Source of the DNA: Curvularia clavata
Taxonomy: Eukaryota
Assembly (NCBI GenBank): GCA_023920165.1
Contig: CP089274.1
Coordinates: 5,642,001 to 5,706,000 of the forward strand
Length of the DNA: 64,000 nucleotides
Reading direction: 5' to 3'
The translations under genes were made by a program, and so were the position numbers. Positions 1 to 12,858 of the stretch are shown here, one piece after another. Positions within the stretch are counted from its first letter, which is position 1, and each line of letters starts with the position of its first letter. The notes beneath the pieces were generated by a model that did no database searches, was not told the origin of the DNA, and saw nothing but the letters and a program-made list of their open reading frames with translations.

Positions 1-303
1 TCTGGCATCTACACTCTGCTCCTTCCTGGAACCGGCAGCAGCTTCAACCAGACCCGCACTGTCACCGTCAGCGCCAACAACAGCACCACTCTGCTCCTTG
101 CTCCTGCCACCACCTCCGGTGCTGGCGCCACCGGCTCTGGCTCTGGCTCCAACCCCTCCAGGACCGGTGCTGGTGCCAGCGGATCTGACGCCACCCGCAG
201 TGGCACTGGCGCCAGCGCCAGCTCCACTGGTGCCGCTTCCAACGTCAAGGCTGCTGCTGGCAGCCTCGTCGGCTTTGGTGCTTTCATGGCTGCCTTCCTG
301 TAA
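1..303 (+). CDS. 3' end of Ser/Thr/Gly-rich GPI-anchored cell-wall protein (partial, truncated by window)
   Basis: Frame 1 is open from base 1 to TAA at 301-303: SGIYTLLLPGTGSS...SASSTGAASNVKAAAGSLVGFGAFMAAFL*. Low-complexity S/T/G/A stalk followed by a small-residue omega region and hydrophobic tail; strongly biased codon usage. Confidence 0.8.
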   Translation, partial: SGIYTLLLPGTGSSFNQTRTVTVSANNSTTLLLAPATTSGAGATGSGSGSNPSRTGAGASGSDATRSGTGASASSTGAASNVKAAAGSLVGFGAFMAAFL

Positions 304-768
304 GCGTTTGCCTGAAGCCATGACCTTTGTTTTGCCTGTTCCTCGGGGGGGTTAGTTCTTGTTATGTTCGGAGATAATGTCCTTAAAGATACCTTGGGTC
401 TTGCATCAGCATATGTACTGCATTGCCAAAACGTTTTCGGCGCCTAGCACTGGCATGTGCTCGCATGGATTGGAATTTTAATGCCTTTTACGACGTGGGA
501 CATGGTGGTTATTGACGAGCCATGTGGTATACCCTGCGTGTTTAGTTTGCGTCCTTTTGATACTCGATAGCTTAGTGTAGAATCCGAATCCAAACCATCA
601 AACACTTACTACCCAAGGTTCCAATATGCTTTTTTGTTCCATGGTCGTACCAGGGCTAGCGCAATGCCAACGGTGATGCAGGAACCTAAACACACATACC
701 TCTCCCCCGCAAAACTAACGCTCCCCATTTCTGAGCCAGATCCAAAAGCCCCCCCTCAAAAAAAAACA

Positions 769-1764
769 ATGGCGTCCGGCACATCCCCCTGGACGCTCAA
801 GCACCTCGCTTCGGTGCCTTATAGCGATCCCCCGAGCCGCCTCCGCACGCTCGATATCTGGTTGCCGCAGCCACCAGCTGGCTCTAGTCCATCACCACCC
901 GACTCAGGCATATGGCTAGTTTACGTCCACGGCGGCGCCTGGCGCGACCCGCTCAAAGACTCGCACTGCATTGAGCCGGCGCTGTCACACCTCTCATCAT
1001 CGTCATCGTCAGATGCAGGAACAACACTCGACCACGTCGTGGGCGTCGCCAGCCTCAACTACCGTCTCTCGCCTTACCCCTCGCACCCCTCGCACCCCAG
1101 CGACCCCAACGACGCAGAGCGCTGCGCTCGACACCCTACCCATGTGCGCGACGTAGCACAGGGGCTGCGTTTCCTGCAGCGCCAGCACGGCATGAAGCGC
1201 TGGATCGGCATTGGACACTCCTGCGGCGCGACGCTTCTCTCGCAACTGGTTTCAGGCATTGGGCTGGATGAGCAAGGCGGAGGAGCCACGTCTTTTACGG
1301 GCGGACCAGAGGCCCTGATCCTGCTCGAGGGCATTTACAATATCCCCCTGATGCTGAAGAACCACTCACCACCCGCGTGTCCTCAGAATATCGCCGACAT
1401 CTACAAGACATTTGTGGCCGAAGCGTTTGGGGATAACAATGACGACGGGGCGACGTATCTTGCTGTCTCGCCCGTGTCTGGAAAGTACAATGTGCAGCAG
1501 TGGCCCGAGGGCAGACTGCTCGTCCTGTGCCACAGCTACGAGGACGAATTGGTGGAGCGCGCACAGCGAGATGTCATGTGTGTTGCGCTGGATAGGGAGG
1601 GGTGGAGCATCGTCATGGAGGTTGGCGACGAGGAAGATGAGGTCAGGGCCGAGGGCAGAAGAGTCCTCAACGTAAGGGACCTGCAGGGTCTCCACGATTG
1701 GATTTGGGAGGACGGGAAGCAAATTGCTACCCTGATTCTCGATGTTGTGCAACGCTTAATATGA
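769..1764 (+). CDS. BNA7: Kynurenine formamidase-like alpha/beta hydrolase
   Basis: HGGAWRDP oxyanion motif, NYRLSP, GHSCGA nucleophile elbow, HS..DELV and C-terminal His (GLHDWIW). ATG at 769 follows an A-rich context. Confidence 0.8.
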   Translation: MASGTSPWTLKHLASVPYSDPPSRLRTLDIWLPQPPAGSSPSPPDSGIWLVYVHGGAWRDPLKDSHCIEPALSHLSSSSSSDAGTTLDHVVGVASLNYRLSPYPSHPSHPSDPNDAERCARHPTHVRDVAQGLRFLQRQHGMKRWIGIGHSCGATLLSQLVSGIGLDEQGGGATSFTGGPEALILLEGIYNIPLMLKNHSPPACPQNIADIYKTFVAEAFGDNNDDGATYLAVSPVSGKYNVQQWPEGRLLVLCHSYEDELVERAQRDVMCVALDREGWSIVMEVGDEEDEVRAEGRRVLNVRDLQGLHDWIWEDGKQIATLILDVVQRLI

Positions 1765-2082
1765 GGGCATTGAATAGAGAACAGGAAAAAAAGATTATAG
1801 AAGAATCATATCAGAAGCATACCTGAAGAAGAGTATGGATGTATTGCCTCCAGGTCCTTTCGCTTGCCCTATTGAGATCCTTTATTAGCACAACAAATGT
1901 TGGAGTCGTGATGCAGGAAAACCAAGACGCTTTTGGGGATCCTTTTTTTTTGCTAGCCCATATCCGATAACCCAAATGCAATCGCTTGGTCGCTCATGTT
2001 AGTTATACAGCTTTGCATAATGTACAGTCGTATGTCGTGCCTATTCTACCTTCCAAAAATCTCCTCCAGCCACCGGTATTGG

Positions 2083-3411
2083 CTACCTCTTGTTCAACCT
2101 CTGGTCCATGACCTTGTTGATCTCGTTGTGTACTTCACTGGCCCCGCTTTCGGCATCGTTCAACTTGTTCTGAAGCTCCTTGATCTTCTCGCTAGCCTGT
2201 GTGTTGATGCGCCCGCCTTCAACCGACTTGGAGGCCTTTGCTTGTGAGGCGCTGACATTGCCGTAGACTGCCATAGCACTGGCAATCATGCCGCTCATAT
2301 CGCCCACGTTACCAGGAACCACGACGCTTGTTCCCTCCTTGGCAAGGTTGGCAAAGGCTTCAACGTACTTCTCAGCCACAGAGAGTGAGATGGCGTTCTG
2401 CGCGGCGCCTTCGCCTTGAGCAATTGATCGTGCAACAGCGTCAATACCGTTGGCTGTGGCCCTGGCCTTAAGGAGGATAGCCTCAGCCTCTCCACTGGCC
2501 ATGTTGATCTGCTCTGCCCTCAGAGCCTCCGAAGCCAGAATAACCGACTGCTTCTTTCCCTCGGCAATGTTAATGGCAGACTGCCTTTGACCCTCCGACT
2601 CGAGAATCTCCGCTCGCTTGGAACGCTCGGCGGTGACTTGGCGGTGCATGGCTTCGACGACGGGTTCGGGCGCGTGGATGTCACGGATCTCGTAGCGCAG
2701 GCAGGTAACGCCCCAGTCCTGGGCGGCCTCGTTGATGGCTGCCGTGATGTTGGCATTGAGGTTGGCGCGCTCTTTGAGGACGTGGTCGAGGGAGAGCTGG
2801 CCAATTTCGGAACGCATCGTGGTCTGGGCAAGCTGCGAGATGGCATAGTCTGCATCTTCTACGCCGTAACTGTTCATCGTCAGCACCTGCCTGGTCTTCA
2901 ATGCACCCGACCGCGCTTACCTTGCCTTGTATGCGTCGAAGACACGAGTGTACAGCACACCATCCAGCTCCAGTGTGACATTGTCGGCTGTGATGGCGCT
3001 CTGGCTGGGTATCTCAATGGCATTCTCCTTGAGACTCTTAACGTATGCTATCCGATCGATGAAGGGAATCAGAATGGCCAAACCGGGCTCCAGTATGCGG
3101 TTGAACTTTCCCATGCGCTCGACGATCCATGCTGTCTGCTGTGGCACGAAGCGAATAATCGTGTTGGTGGGCAGACGCCTGTGTGACGAGGAGAAGTATG
3201 AGGGCGGTCCCGATGCTGCACTGAGCTGGCCAAACGAGGAGAAGACGCTCGTTGGGTTGGTGGCAGACTGCGAGCTATAGTGTGAGTTGCTGCGGGCCGG
3301 CCATGTCGCCAGCGCGGCGGCGAGTGGTGATATCCTCGAGTTTGCAAGCGGCCGTGAACGTCGTGTCAATGTCGAAGCCGTAGTGGCTGCCAGCCGTGTG
3401 CGCGACGCCAT
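2083..3411 (-). CDS. Stomatin-like (SPFH/band-7, SLP-2 type) mitochondrial protein; 1 intron (2870-2920)
   Basis: FVPQQTAWIVERMGKF, AITADNV, LAQTTMRSEIG, GVTCLRYEIRD and AERSKRAEILESEG motifs; Arg/Ser-rich targeting N-terminus; GTAAG...CAG intron joins AYKAS|YGVEDA. Confidence 0.92.
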
Positions 3412-3833
3412 GGCGAATTAACTTGTGGCTGCGAGACGGTGATGACGGCACGCGATGCTCTATCTACTGCGTAGGTGCCTGGCATTGCACTCCGGCCCAC
3501 GACTGACGGCATCACCGACCGCCGCTTTACATAATCAGCCCCACCCTCAGCCTTACCAAAATCGCTATCAAGATCATCAAAGTGCTCCAGGTTTAGAATT
3601 CTACTATGTTAACGTACTTTTCGCGACGAAAAAACTAGAGCTCTTTCCAAATTGCTCAAGGTACCACCAAGTATCAAGGAAATAAGTATAAATCGCTGAA
3701 AGTGTGGTTTCAATGATGCAAAGTGCAGGGGTGCCTCTGCACTATTCACGACGATTCATCGTGAAACTGTGTACACCTGGGGCAACTACATGTACCGTGA
3801 GGAGTCCAAAATCTTACAAAACTAACTAGCAGT

Positions 3834-5263
3834 CTATACTGACGGCTTCCAACCACCCTCAGACTCAAATATCTTTCCAACCTCTTTGCATACTGCGAGC
3901 AAGCGTCTGTCATGGTACCTTGGGGCGACAAGCGAAATACCAATCGGCATGCCATTCTCCCCCTTGAATCCTGGGACGTTGACTACTGGAGTATGTAGCG
4001 CCTGTTTCTGGGTCAAAAAGTAGTTCTCGAGGAGGAAGCACAGGACAAGGACTTACCGTCCAGATTAAACAAAAAGCTGCACTGCCAGTCTTCTCAATGC
4101 CCAACGGAGCTTCGTCAGGCACGCTTGGTGTGAGTACTGCAGCATACTGTCCAAGAATCCCGTCCACCACTGGCCTTGCCGCTGCTATGTTGTCAAACGC
4201 TTCCAGTTGCGCCTTGCGCGAAATCTTGTCGCTGTTCTCTACATGGCCTATCAAGTGATTCGAAATCTTGTCCTTGGCTATCCTATACTCGGGCAGGAAC
4301 GCTGTTCGGCCATCCGAACTTAGTACAGTGGCATGCCATGATGGGAGATCATTGAGATGCTCTGGAAACGTAATCTCTTCTACCTCAGCTCCTTTGGCAC
4401 GTAGCAAGGAAACGGCTTTGTCAAACGCGGCTTCGGTGCCAGATCCCACCTTCGGCCATACCATAGTTTTGAGGTATGCAAACTTTGCTCCTTTGACTGT
4501 GAAATCTGTGGGAATTGGGGCATCGTCCTGAACATCAAAAGTATCGGCAAGGAGCTCAAGGTCGGCTATACTACGAGCGTAGAAGCCAAGTGTATCAAGT
4601 ATCAACGAGTAAATCTTCTGGCCCTCGCGCGTGATGGAGTTCCAGGTAGGTTTGAGGGCATAGATACCATTATACGACCCAGGCCGGATAACGCTGCCGC
4701 CAGTCTGTGTACCTAGCGCAATGGGTGCTTGGAAGTCGCCGACGGCTGCCCCAGACCCCGACGAAGAACCGCCAGGCGTACGGTTTGCGTCGTGAGGGTT
4801 GTGCGTTTTAGGGCCATCGGTTGTTGCCGCAAACTCGGTGGTTGTCGTCTTTCCGAATATGAGCGCACCAGCTTTGCGTAGTACTGCAATAGAACCGGCG
4901 TCTACTTTTGGTGCATCGTTGGCATATATTGGTGAGTTGAATTGCGTCGGCATATCTACATCATCATTTAGAACCCCATCAGAATGCCTTCCTTGACTGA
5001 AACCCACCTTTTGTATATATGACATCCTTTACACCAATAGCAATGCCATGTAGAGGACCGCGCTCTTCCTTGGGGATAGCATCCAGTGCTTTCGCCTGCT
5101 TGATCACGTGTTCCGGGTCAAGATAGGCCCATGCCTGAACAGCCTCGTCTCGGGCTTCGATACGCTTCAAAAGCGACCTTGCATACTCTTCCACTGTGGC
5201 CTCACCTTGCTGGATCTTAGTCGCAACTTCTGTGGCCGTCAACCGGTAGAGCTCGGATGCCAT
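3834..5263 (-). CDS. Amidase-signature family hydrolase (malonamidase E2-like); 2 introns (~4956-5007, ~4003-4056)
   Basis: GPLHGIAIGVKD (catalytic Lys), GKTTTTEFA, PGGSSSGS, GTQTGGSVIRP (catalytic Ser), C-terminal GMPIGISLV. Confidence 0.9.
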
Positions 5264-5569
5264 GCTGTTCAGATTGGGGGTTCAATTTAGATTTGTGTAT
5301 ATGTGTGAAAGATGTCTTGTTGTCTCCAGAAAGCAAAGTAAAATGCTGACAAAAAAGGTTGAAATGGTGTCCTTCTTGTCATGAAAGAATACACACGTGT
5401 TCTAAGTAGAAGAGTCACACTAAATGCTATCCTCGGCCCATATGTTCCGGCATATGGTGATAGGCAGCCGTCGAATACAACCACGGCCCCTGCAAAGACT
5501 TGCGGGTTGCCTGATTGTGGAATAGTGGTGTTGTAGTGGGATTACGGCCGATAACGGTGGTTCCGCTTA

Positions 5570-5588
5570 TCGGAATTTTGGTTTCCGC
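5570..5588. promoter_or_regulatory. Candidate Zn2Cys6 site TCGG-N11-CCG upstream of amidase
   Basis: tcggaattttggtttccgc, ~310 bp upstream of the ATG; same spacing upstream of the NCS1 and PuuE genes. Confidence 0.45.
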
Positions 5589-6023
5589 ACCTGGTACAGG
5601 ATTGACTTGCGTAGTGGAGACAGGATGGAATCTGCCGTTGCTCTCCTACAACCACTAAAACCGGAAAATCGACCAAAGCGAGCTCACGTACTCCGCAAAG
5701 ATGATCGATTGATATAGATAATATACCACTGGGACAACTGTCGCTTCTTTTAGAAGTAGAATAACAAGTATAAACGATAAACAATCGTGACAACCACCCA
5801 TAATTCTGAAAATAGTGGTTGTACCAGAATGCCATGTTCCAGTTTCATAAGTTGTAGAAGAGCGTTGTCCAATGTCTCTTGGCACAAGAACTTGCCCAAC
5901 AATGAGGCAAAGAGCTCCGCAAATTCAATCATGCATGAAGTGCAGGCATGTCTCCAAAGTACTTGCAAAAAGTGATATCATTAAAATACAATTTATCCAC
6001 ACTAGATGATGTCTTTACCAAAC

Positions 6024-7946
6024 TCAGTAGCTAACCTTTGGCGTCTTGCCCCCAACCTCGATATCATCTCCTCCATCAGTCATAGGTGGCGTGGCAGCTA
6101 CGTAAATCTCTCCTCCATCTCCCTCTCCCTCGAAGAAGCCCTCGCGACCCTCGTTACCCAGCCATTCCCATTCAAATGGCGTGCTTTCACGTCCGTAAGG
6201 GAAGACGCGGGGCTTGATGAAGAGAAACGTGGCATAATATACCGCAGCAGAAACTGTGAACGTCAATATCCAGCCCATTCGATACATATTTTGCGCGGCC
6301 ATCGAGATGATCTGGGGCTGGTATTGGCCAATGAGACCTGGAATGCCCATCGTAGTACCCAATACCCAGGCTACTACTCCACACCAGTTGACTCCGGACC
6401 AGAACCAGTACAATCCTGTTTTCCGGCCATCGTAGCATGAGGGAACATGAATATTGCCTTTGCGCACAATAAAGTAGTCGACAATAAGGACGGCGCAAAG
6501 AGGGGCCATGAAGATGTTGTAGGATCCGAGGAAGCTGTTCCATCGTTAGTCCATCTTTGTAGAGTGGAAAATGTTTCTGTAGGTTATCTTACCTGAGGAA
6601 AGCACTCGCGTTAGCCATGAGCTGCCATGGCTGCACGACGACACCAAGAAGTGCACAAAGAATCTGCCCTCTTCGGATAGTGAGCCATTTTGGGAAAAGG
6701 CCAGTCATGTCCGAGCCAAATGGAATAGAGTTTGCTCCGAAGTTCGTTGCAAAAACGCCAAAGTAGAATGCAAATGAGGCAAAGAAGATGCCGGCACGAG
6801 CTCCTGCACCGAAGTGGTGGTCGAGTATAGCGTCAAACAGATCCCAGATATTCCAGTACGCAGTACCGTATGCGGCCTGCATTGATGTCGTCGATGCCAT
6901 ACCGAGGAAGAAAACGAGAATGGCGGAGATGAAAACGCTGACACCTTGGAGTGCACCGGCATCGCGAGGTTTCTTGCAGTAGCGAGCAAGATCGGGTTGG
7001 TTCACAAGCATGGGCGAAAGGGCACCAAAGATGGTATTGATGCCAGCCATGACACTCCATCCCATAGGTATGTTGGTAGCAGAAGCCTTGGCCGTTTGGT
7101 GAGCGAGGTCCATGGAGCGGAGGCCCCCACCATTTGCCATGCACCAGCCGAAGACAGCAAAAGCTGCAATAGGCATGATGACTCCCTTGATGGTGAATAT
7201 GAAATGGATGCGGCTTGGGTGAACCCACATGAATGGGAATTCCATGAGCCAAGCCATGAAGAAGGTCAACAACTGCTTCGACGTTACGGCGGCGGTAGGG
7301 GAAAGCGTGTTGGGTAGGTTCTCCCAGGAGCTGCCGAAGATACATCGCAACATGATGGACAACAGGTTGCCGGCGTAGAAAGTCTGAATGCCGTACCAGA
7401 TGATACAAACAACGGCTCGGATGAAGACGAAAAAGTAGGAACCATACATGCCCATGACCGAGCGCGCAAGGACGGGACTATGAATAGTCAGCTAGAGGTT
7501 CAACATGCTTTTGGGGGTTAACGCCGTACAATCCAATGTGATACTTAACACCCGGACGAGCCATGAACACGACAACGAGAGCCGCGAGGAACGAACCGAG
7601 ACATGCTGAGATGAATGATGTCTGCCACGTCTACGGATATTGTTAGTTTCTGTCATATGAGCAACAACGTTGAGCAACGTACCAAGCCGACTGCTACTAA
7701 TGAGGAGCCAGTGTTCCAACCGACAAGCGAGAACTTGTTTGAGAACCAGTACAGCGGTAGGCTGTACCAAGTCCATGTCCTCTGCTCAACCGGTGTTGGC
7801 TCGAGATCTTTGTTTGACCATTTCTCGTCTCCGATAGGAGCACGGCCGTCATTAGTGCGAGGTGCTCTGAGAAAGTCGACGAAAGCGTCCTTCGATTGAA
7901 AGGCTGCCGTCATTCGCTGCCTGGTCGGCATTTCAGATTTGCCCAT
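6024..7946 (-). CDS. NCS1 (Fur4/Dal4/Fur-type) nucleobase/allantoin permease; 3 introns
   Basis: WSNKDLEPTPVEQRTWTW, YHIGFPVLARSVMGMYGS, NQPDLARY, ANSIPFGSDMTGLFPKWLTIRRG, QPWQL, DYFIVRKG. Exons ~7946-7683, 7630-7530, 7477-6593, 6535-6024. Confidence 0.92.
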
Positions 7947-8130
7947 GGTGGTTTGTTCTTTGCCTGGACTGGCGTGTGTCTGTAAAGGCAGTCTTTGCTG
8001 CTTTTTTACGTTGGTGGATCATGTCTTTTCATATGTCGATTGATTAACCTTGATCCAACCCCAGGTAGTTCACGCAGTGAACGCCAATCATGGGTATGAC
8101 TAGCCAAGCAGCGTCTTGCAGTCGCCTCTG

Positions 8131-8149
8131 TCGGCGCATTTTCAGCCGA
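8131..8149. promoter_or_regulatory. Candidate Zn2Cys6 site TCGG-N11-CCGA in the divergent NCS1/TF promoter
   Basis: gtcggcgcattttcagccgac, an inverted repeat ~190 bp upstream of the NCS1 ATG; several GATA (AreA-type) sites lie at ~8270-8370. Confidence 0.45.
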
Positions 8150-8505
8150 CGTAACATGTTGCAAAATGCTTGCCAATTGCGTCCAAGCCTTCAGGATGCT
8201 ACTACGAACAGGGTCTGAGATAGGAATACAGCCTAAGGTTGCGGCATTGTTCTGATCGCAACGTTAGCGTTATCAAGCTGGCTTGGAGTTCCGCCACAAG
8301 AGGGAACGAGGCCGCCGAGATAACATCACATGACGTCTTATCTTCCCCAACCTGGAGCAAGCCATGATAAGAAACTCATCGGCTTCTGGATCCCGCTTAT
8401 TCTACTCCACAATCCCACGTGAAGCGCAATGGCCCCAGATGGTACCAGTCCGAGTCGAGGGGCACAAAGCTCTCGACTACACTCTGTGTTCCCGACAAAG
8501 CGGTC

Positions 8506-11225
8506 ATGTCGCAGCCCTATCCCGAAAGTCCCTTGAGCCACTCTGGATCGGCAAACGACCAGATATCCGCATCACCTCTTGCTACCGATATTCCACCCAA
8601 TTCTGCAAATGCAGGCCCACAGCCTTATGCAGCAAGGAAGTCTCGGGTGGCACTGGCCTGCAAAAGGTGTAAGCGGAGAAAGCAACGCGTACGTCATTTG
8701 AGGACTGCCAAAGCGCCCCTTGACTAAGCCAACTGCAGTGTGATGGCGCACGCCCAGTATGCCGGTCTTGTGAACGAGCTGGTGTAGCTTGTGCATACGA
8801 GAAAACCCTGCGGCCTCAATATCCTGGTGGCAAGTCAGCGTAGGTCTTCACCAATTCCTCGTAAGAACATGCTTGTTGGGTATCTGACTAGTCAGTTATA
8901 TCAATGCTCTGGAAGAGCGTATTGCGTTTCTTGAAGCCCAGCTTCCGAATCATGCATCAGATCATTACGAAAATGGCTCAGAGGCACAGCATATTGCGTC
9001 TGCCACAGCTGCCGAAGAGCCTCTAGTCTATCAACCTCAGTCCACTGAATCACGTCGTGAATCACGAGGTGACTGTTTCTCTGACGACGTTGAGGGTGAA
9101 GAGAGGACTTCTCTTGTTGATGGCGTAGCCTATCTTTCTCTGTGCGCATCCGGAAGTACCGACACAACCTCCGAACCTCTCTACGTTGGCTCCAGCTCTG
9201 GCGCTACTATTGCGCGTATCATACAATCCTCAATCTTTCGAGGCTCAAGCAAGAAAACCGTCAATCTCCATGCTAACCAAACGAATCACACTTCTACGAC
9301 TGCAAGACCTCCCCCACCTCCTGAATCTGCGCATTCTGACGACCATGTTGTCGATTTTCCAGAACGGCAACAGGCGCGTATGCTATTTGATGTGTTCTTT
9401 GAACGCGTACATACGCGCTGGCCATTGCTCGACCGTGTGGTCTACACAAAGCTCTTCGAGAAGCAGTACGTTCAAGGTGCATTGTCTATCATTGAGCGTA
9501 GTATATTTCATCTTATATACGCCATCACAGCTCGCTTCCTATCCTTAACACAGAAACCGTGCGGAGTTGATTCTGAAGTGAGTCGAGTCAACGTACGTAA
9601 TGCTGAAGCCTTCTGACTCTTCCTAGCATCATCTTGTCGCAGCAACAGAGCCAATGGACTACATCTTAGATCAACATAATCTAGCAACCGTTCAGTTTCT
9701 CATCCTGCTGGGTATACATGGACAGAGGTCTCCGTAAGCAATCACCCCTAGTCTTGACGCACAGCTTAGAAATGTGTCGTCGTTGCGACCCCTTACTCAT
9801 GCAAACATAGGTACGGCGCAGGGGCCTGGTCTCAAATCCGGTATGCAACTTCCGTTTGCATAGAAATGGGTCTACATAGAAAGAGGAGTTCAGGATGCTC
9901 TCCTCAGCATTCAAGGGATGCTGAAATCCGACGCCGAGCATTTTGGGCATGTTACTGTCTTGACAGAATTTCTAGCATCGTGCTCGGACGAGCTTTTGCA
10001 ATTGCTGATCGGGATATCAACGTTGAGGTATGTCAACCTCTTCAATCAAAACGAGCCTTGGTTGACTAATCTTTTGAAGCTTCCCAGTACGAGTCCTGAG
10101 TTCTGGGATTTGACGCATCAAGATGCTCCAGACGCACACCAGCACCAGTGGTCGAACATCGAGCCTTTCATACACATGATCAAGCTCGACCAGATACAAT
10201 CACGTATCCACAAGACAGTCTTCCGCGTGGACAGAGATGTCTTGGGTGGAACATCTGAGCAGCGAGCCAAACTCGATCAAAAGATGGCCACAATTCGCAA
10301 TGACCTGGATGAATGGCTACAAACCTGCCCTCGAACACCAAAGCAGGAAAACAAGATCACATGGATGTACGACCCTGAAAGCGCATATCTTGATGCACGC
10401 GACTTTTACAGCCTCCAGTATCACAAAGCAATGCTCTTCCTCTTCACCGTCTTCCTCCCTACGCTCGACACATCGGATATACGGTTTATCACTTGTGCAC
10501 GCTCTGCAGCCTGCGTATGCAATGCTTACAAGCGGCTAAGTCAAAATCGAACCCTAACATACACTATGATATCTCTGCACTCTTGCTTCGTAGCCGGACT
10601 GACACTGGTATACTGCATCTGGCGCGATCGCTCGCTCTTTTCCTACGATGCTCTCGAGGCTACCCAGGCATGCACACAAATATTAACCATATTTGGTGAA
10701 AAGTGGCCTGGGGCAGTCAAGTACCGCGACATCTTCGATGCACTGTCAGGGAGCTTATTCAAAACGGTTGTGAACGCGACATCCACCTCCAAGCTACATA
10801 TGAATGGTTCCCGGCCCCTCCAGCTTGATATGGACGCAGAATCTACGATCCAAAGTCTATCTCCACAAAGGCAACGGAACAGTTATGAAGAAGCGTCATC
10901 TGGGTTGAGGCGCGGCAGCAAACCTACATTGTCGCACATGGTAACGGACGCGGTCAAGGAAGCCTTTATGGAGGTCGATGAAGAAGCGCCGGGAGGATGG
11001 CAGGGCTGGAGAATGTGGAATGAGATGGTCGAAGATGGGTCAACACACCTACCAAACGTAGCCATGAGAGTAGATGGCATCGGCCCTGGCCAGACCGACA
11101 TGGGCTGGACCCCTTCTGAGGGCCCTGGATGTTATGGTGTGGATCCAATCCAGGATGCAGCAATGCAGACTCACGGCCATGCAATGATGGATATTAACCA
11201 ATGGAGCTTTGGGGGCTATCAGTAG
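8506..11225 (+). CDS. Zn(II)2Cys6 transcription factor with Fungal_trans domain (PPR1/UaY-like); ~5 introns
   Basis: Spliced ACKRCKRRKQR|CDGARPVCRSCERAGVAC; RSPYGAGAW..IRYATSVCIEMGLHR; RRRAFWACYCLDRISSIVLGR. Confidence 0.9.
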
Positions 11226-11517
11226 ATGAAAAATAGCTAATTTATATTCATTTTCGTTACTAAGTCGTCAATACTTGCTAGAAGCCGTGATTTCGGAGCC
11301 ATTCAATGAGCATGATTAGTGTCCTAATTGGGAACTGTAAGCGCCTGGAATTCTCTCTAATGCAACTCCGCCGGGCTCGGCTTAGACGCAGCATATAAGT
11401 AACATCATCTGAGGTTACTAGTATACAACATTCCATTGTTAAGGTCAGTATCTAGGAGGAACATTTCAAATTCAAAATGGAAAAGTCATCTTTATCATCA
11501 ATTGATTGTACTACAAA

Positions 11518-12561
11518 CTACGCAAGCTGACCCTTCTTGTAGGGAAACTGTTCCCTGAAAGCCTCCGCTATCTGCGTCCTTGTCGCAACCCAAACACCTT
11601 CCTTCTCCGAAATATACTTTACAAAATCCTGCAGCGCCTTGAAGCGTCCCGGCCTTCCGATAATGCGGCAATGTAGGCCGATAGTCATCATCTTTGGCGC
11701 GCCCGCTTCACCTTCTTCATACAGCACATCAAAGGCGTTCTTGAGATGCTCGTAAAAGGCCCCCGCACTGCGGAACCCGGTACCTTGGCAGTGGAACTTG
11801 AAGTCGTTACAGTCGTAGCTATACGGGACCATCAGGCAGCCCTTTGGATTCGCACTGTCGCGCTCGTGCGGCAAATCTGTCCAGTAGGGAAGATCGTCGG
11901 CGTAGGTGTCACTAGCCCAGAGGAGCTCCTCGCCCATTTCTTCGTAGACAAGGGGGATCAGGGCTCTGCTTTGCGGCGAAGGCCGCCCGTAGTACCAGCC
12001 CTTGGGCGCATACCCTGTGAGTCGCTTCAAGGCCGTAATGCCGTCTCGGATATGTTGCTTCTCTGCCTCGACGCTTAGATTGTAGTGGTCGATCCAGCGG
12101 TATGCATGAGACGCAATGTCGTGGCCTTCTTCGACAGACCGTGTCACAGCTTCAGGTTGCTCCTCGACGGCGGAGCCAACGGCGTAGAGTGTGAATTTCA
12201 TTTTGTAGTCGTTGAAGAGCTTGAATATGCGCCACCAACCACTGCGGGAGCCGTACTCAAACTCGGATTCACCATTGTAGTCGCGCTCATTGATTTTCTG
12301 CTGGGCCGGATATTCACGAAGATTGATCTCGGAAACGCCGTCCCCTTTGATCACTGAGCGCTCTCCACCCTAAATCATGTGTTAGGTCAATTCAGTTGGC
12401 AGCTGTGGGGTGGCTGTAATAACCTCTTCGTAGTTGATGACGAACGAGACGGCTATCTTTGCGTTGTTCGGCCATTTTAGCTCTTTGAGACCTTTTTCGC
12501 CATACCCCTTGAAATCTCTAGGGAATGCGTATTGAGGGTGTGCGGCGTAGACTTCAGGCAT
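11518..12561 (-). CDS. Polysaccharide-deacetylase-fold hydrolase of the PuuE (metal-independent allantoinase) type; 1 intron (12370-12423)
   Basis: RDFKGYG, WPNNAKIAVSFVINYEE|GGE, EYGSRSGWWR, SHAYRW (His-x3-Trp in place of the metal-binding His pair), YADDLPYW, PKMMTIGLHCRIIGRPGR; no signal peptide. Confidence 0.88.
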
Positions 12562-12858
12562 GATGATTTGGTTGGTAAGGTACTGCAGAGATGTTTGAGA
12601 AGAGAAGAATAGATATAGAAGTATTGATCGGAAATATGTCCTCAAATCTATGAAGCCAAGACTAAATATTTGATAGCAGTAGAGAAGCGCTTGGCTCCTA
12701 TATTCCTTCACGCGACTATTACCCGTCATGCGTGGAGTCGTCACGCAACCCGTGATATGCTTCTACTTTGCCGTCGTCCACAACGAAAGCCTATCGTGCG
12801 GCCGCGAATCTTGACGGATCGCGACGTTATCATGTTATCAGGGTAGTATTTGGAGACA

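Noticed and set aside
9..355. ORF-track entries 9..287 (-) and 98..355 (+)
   Set aside because: Alternative frames of the GC-rich GPI-protein tail, which reads properly in frame 1.
11518..12561. Annotation as chitin deacetylase (CE4 CAZyme)
   Set aside because: No signal peptide, and the metal-binding HxxxH is replaced by HAYRW, the PuuE-type signature.
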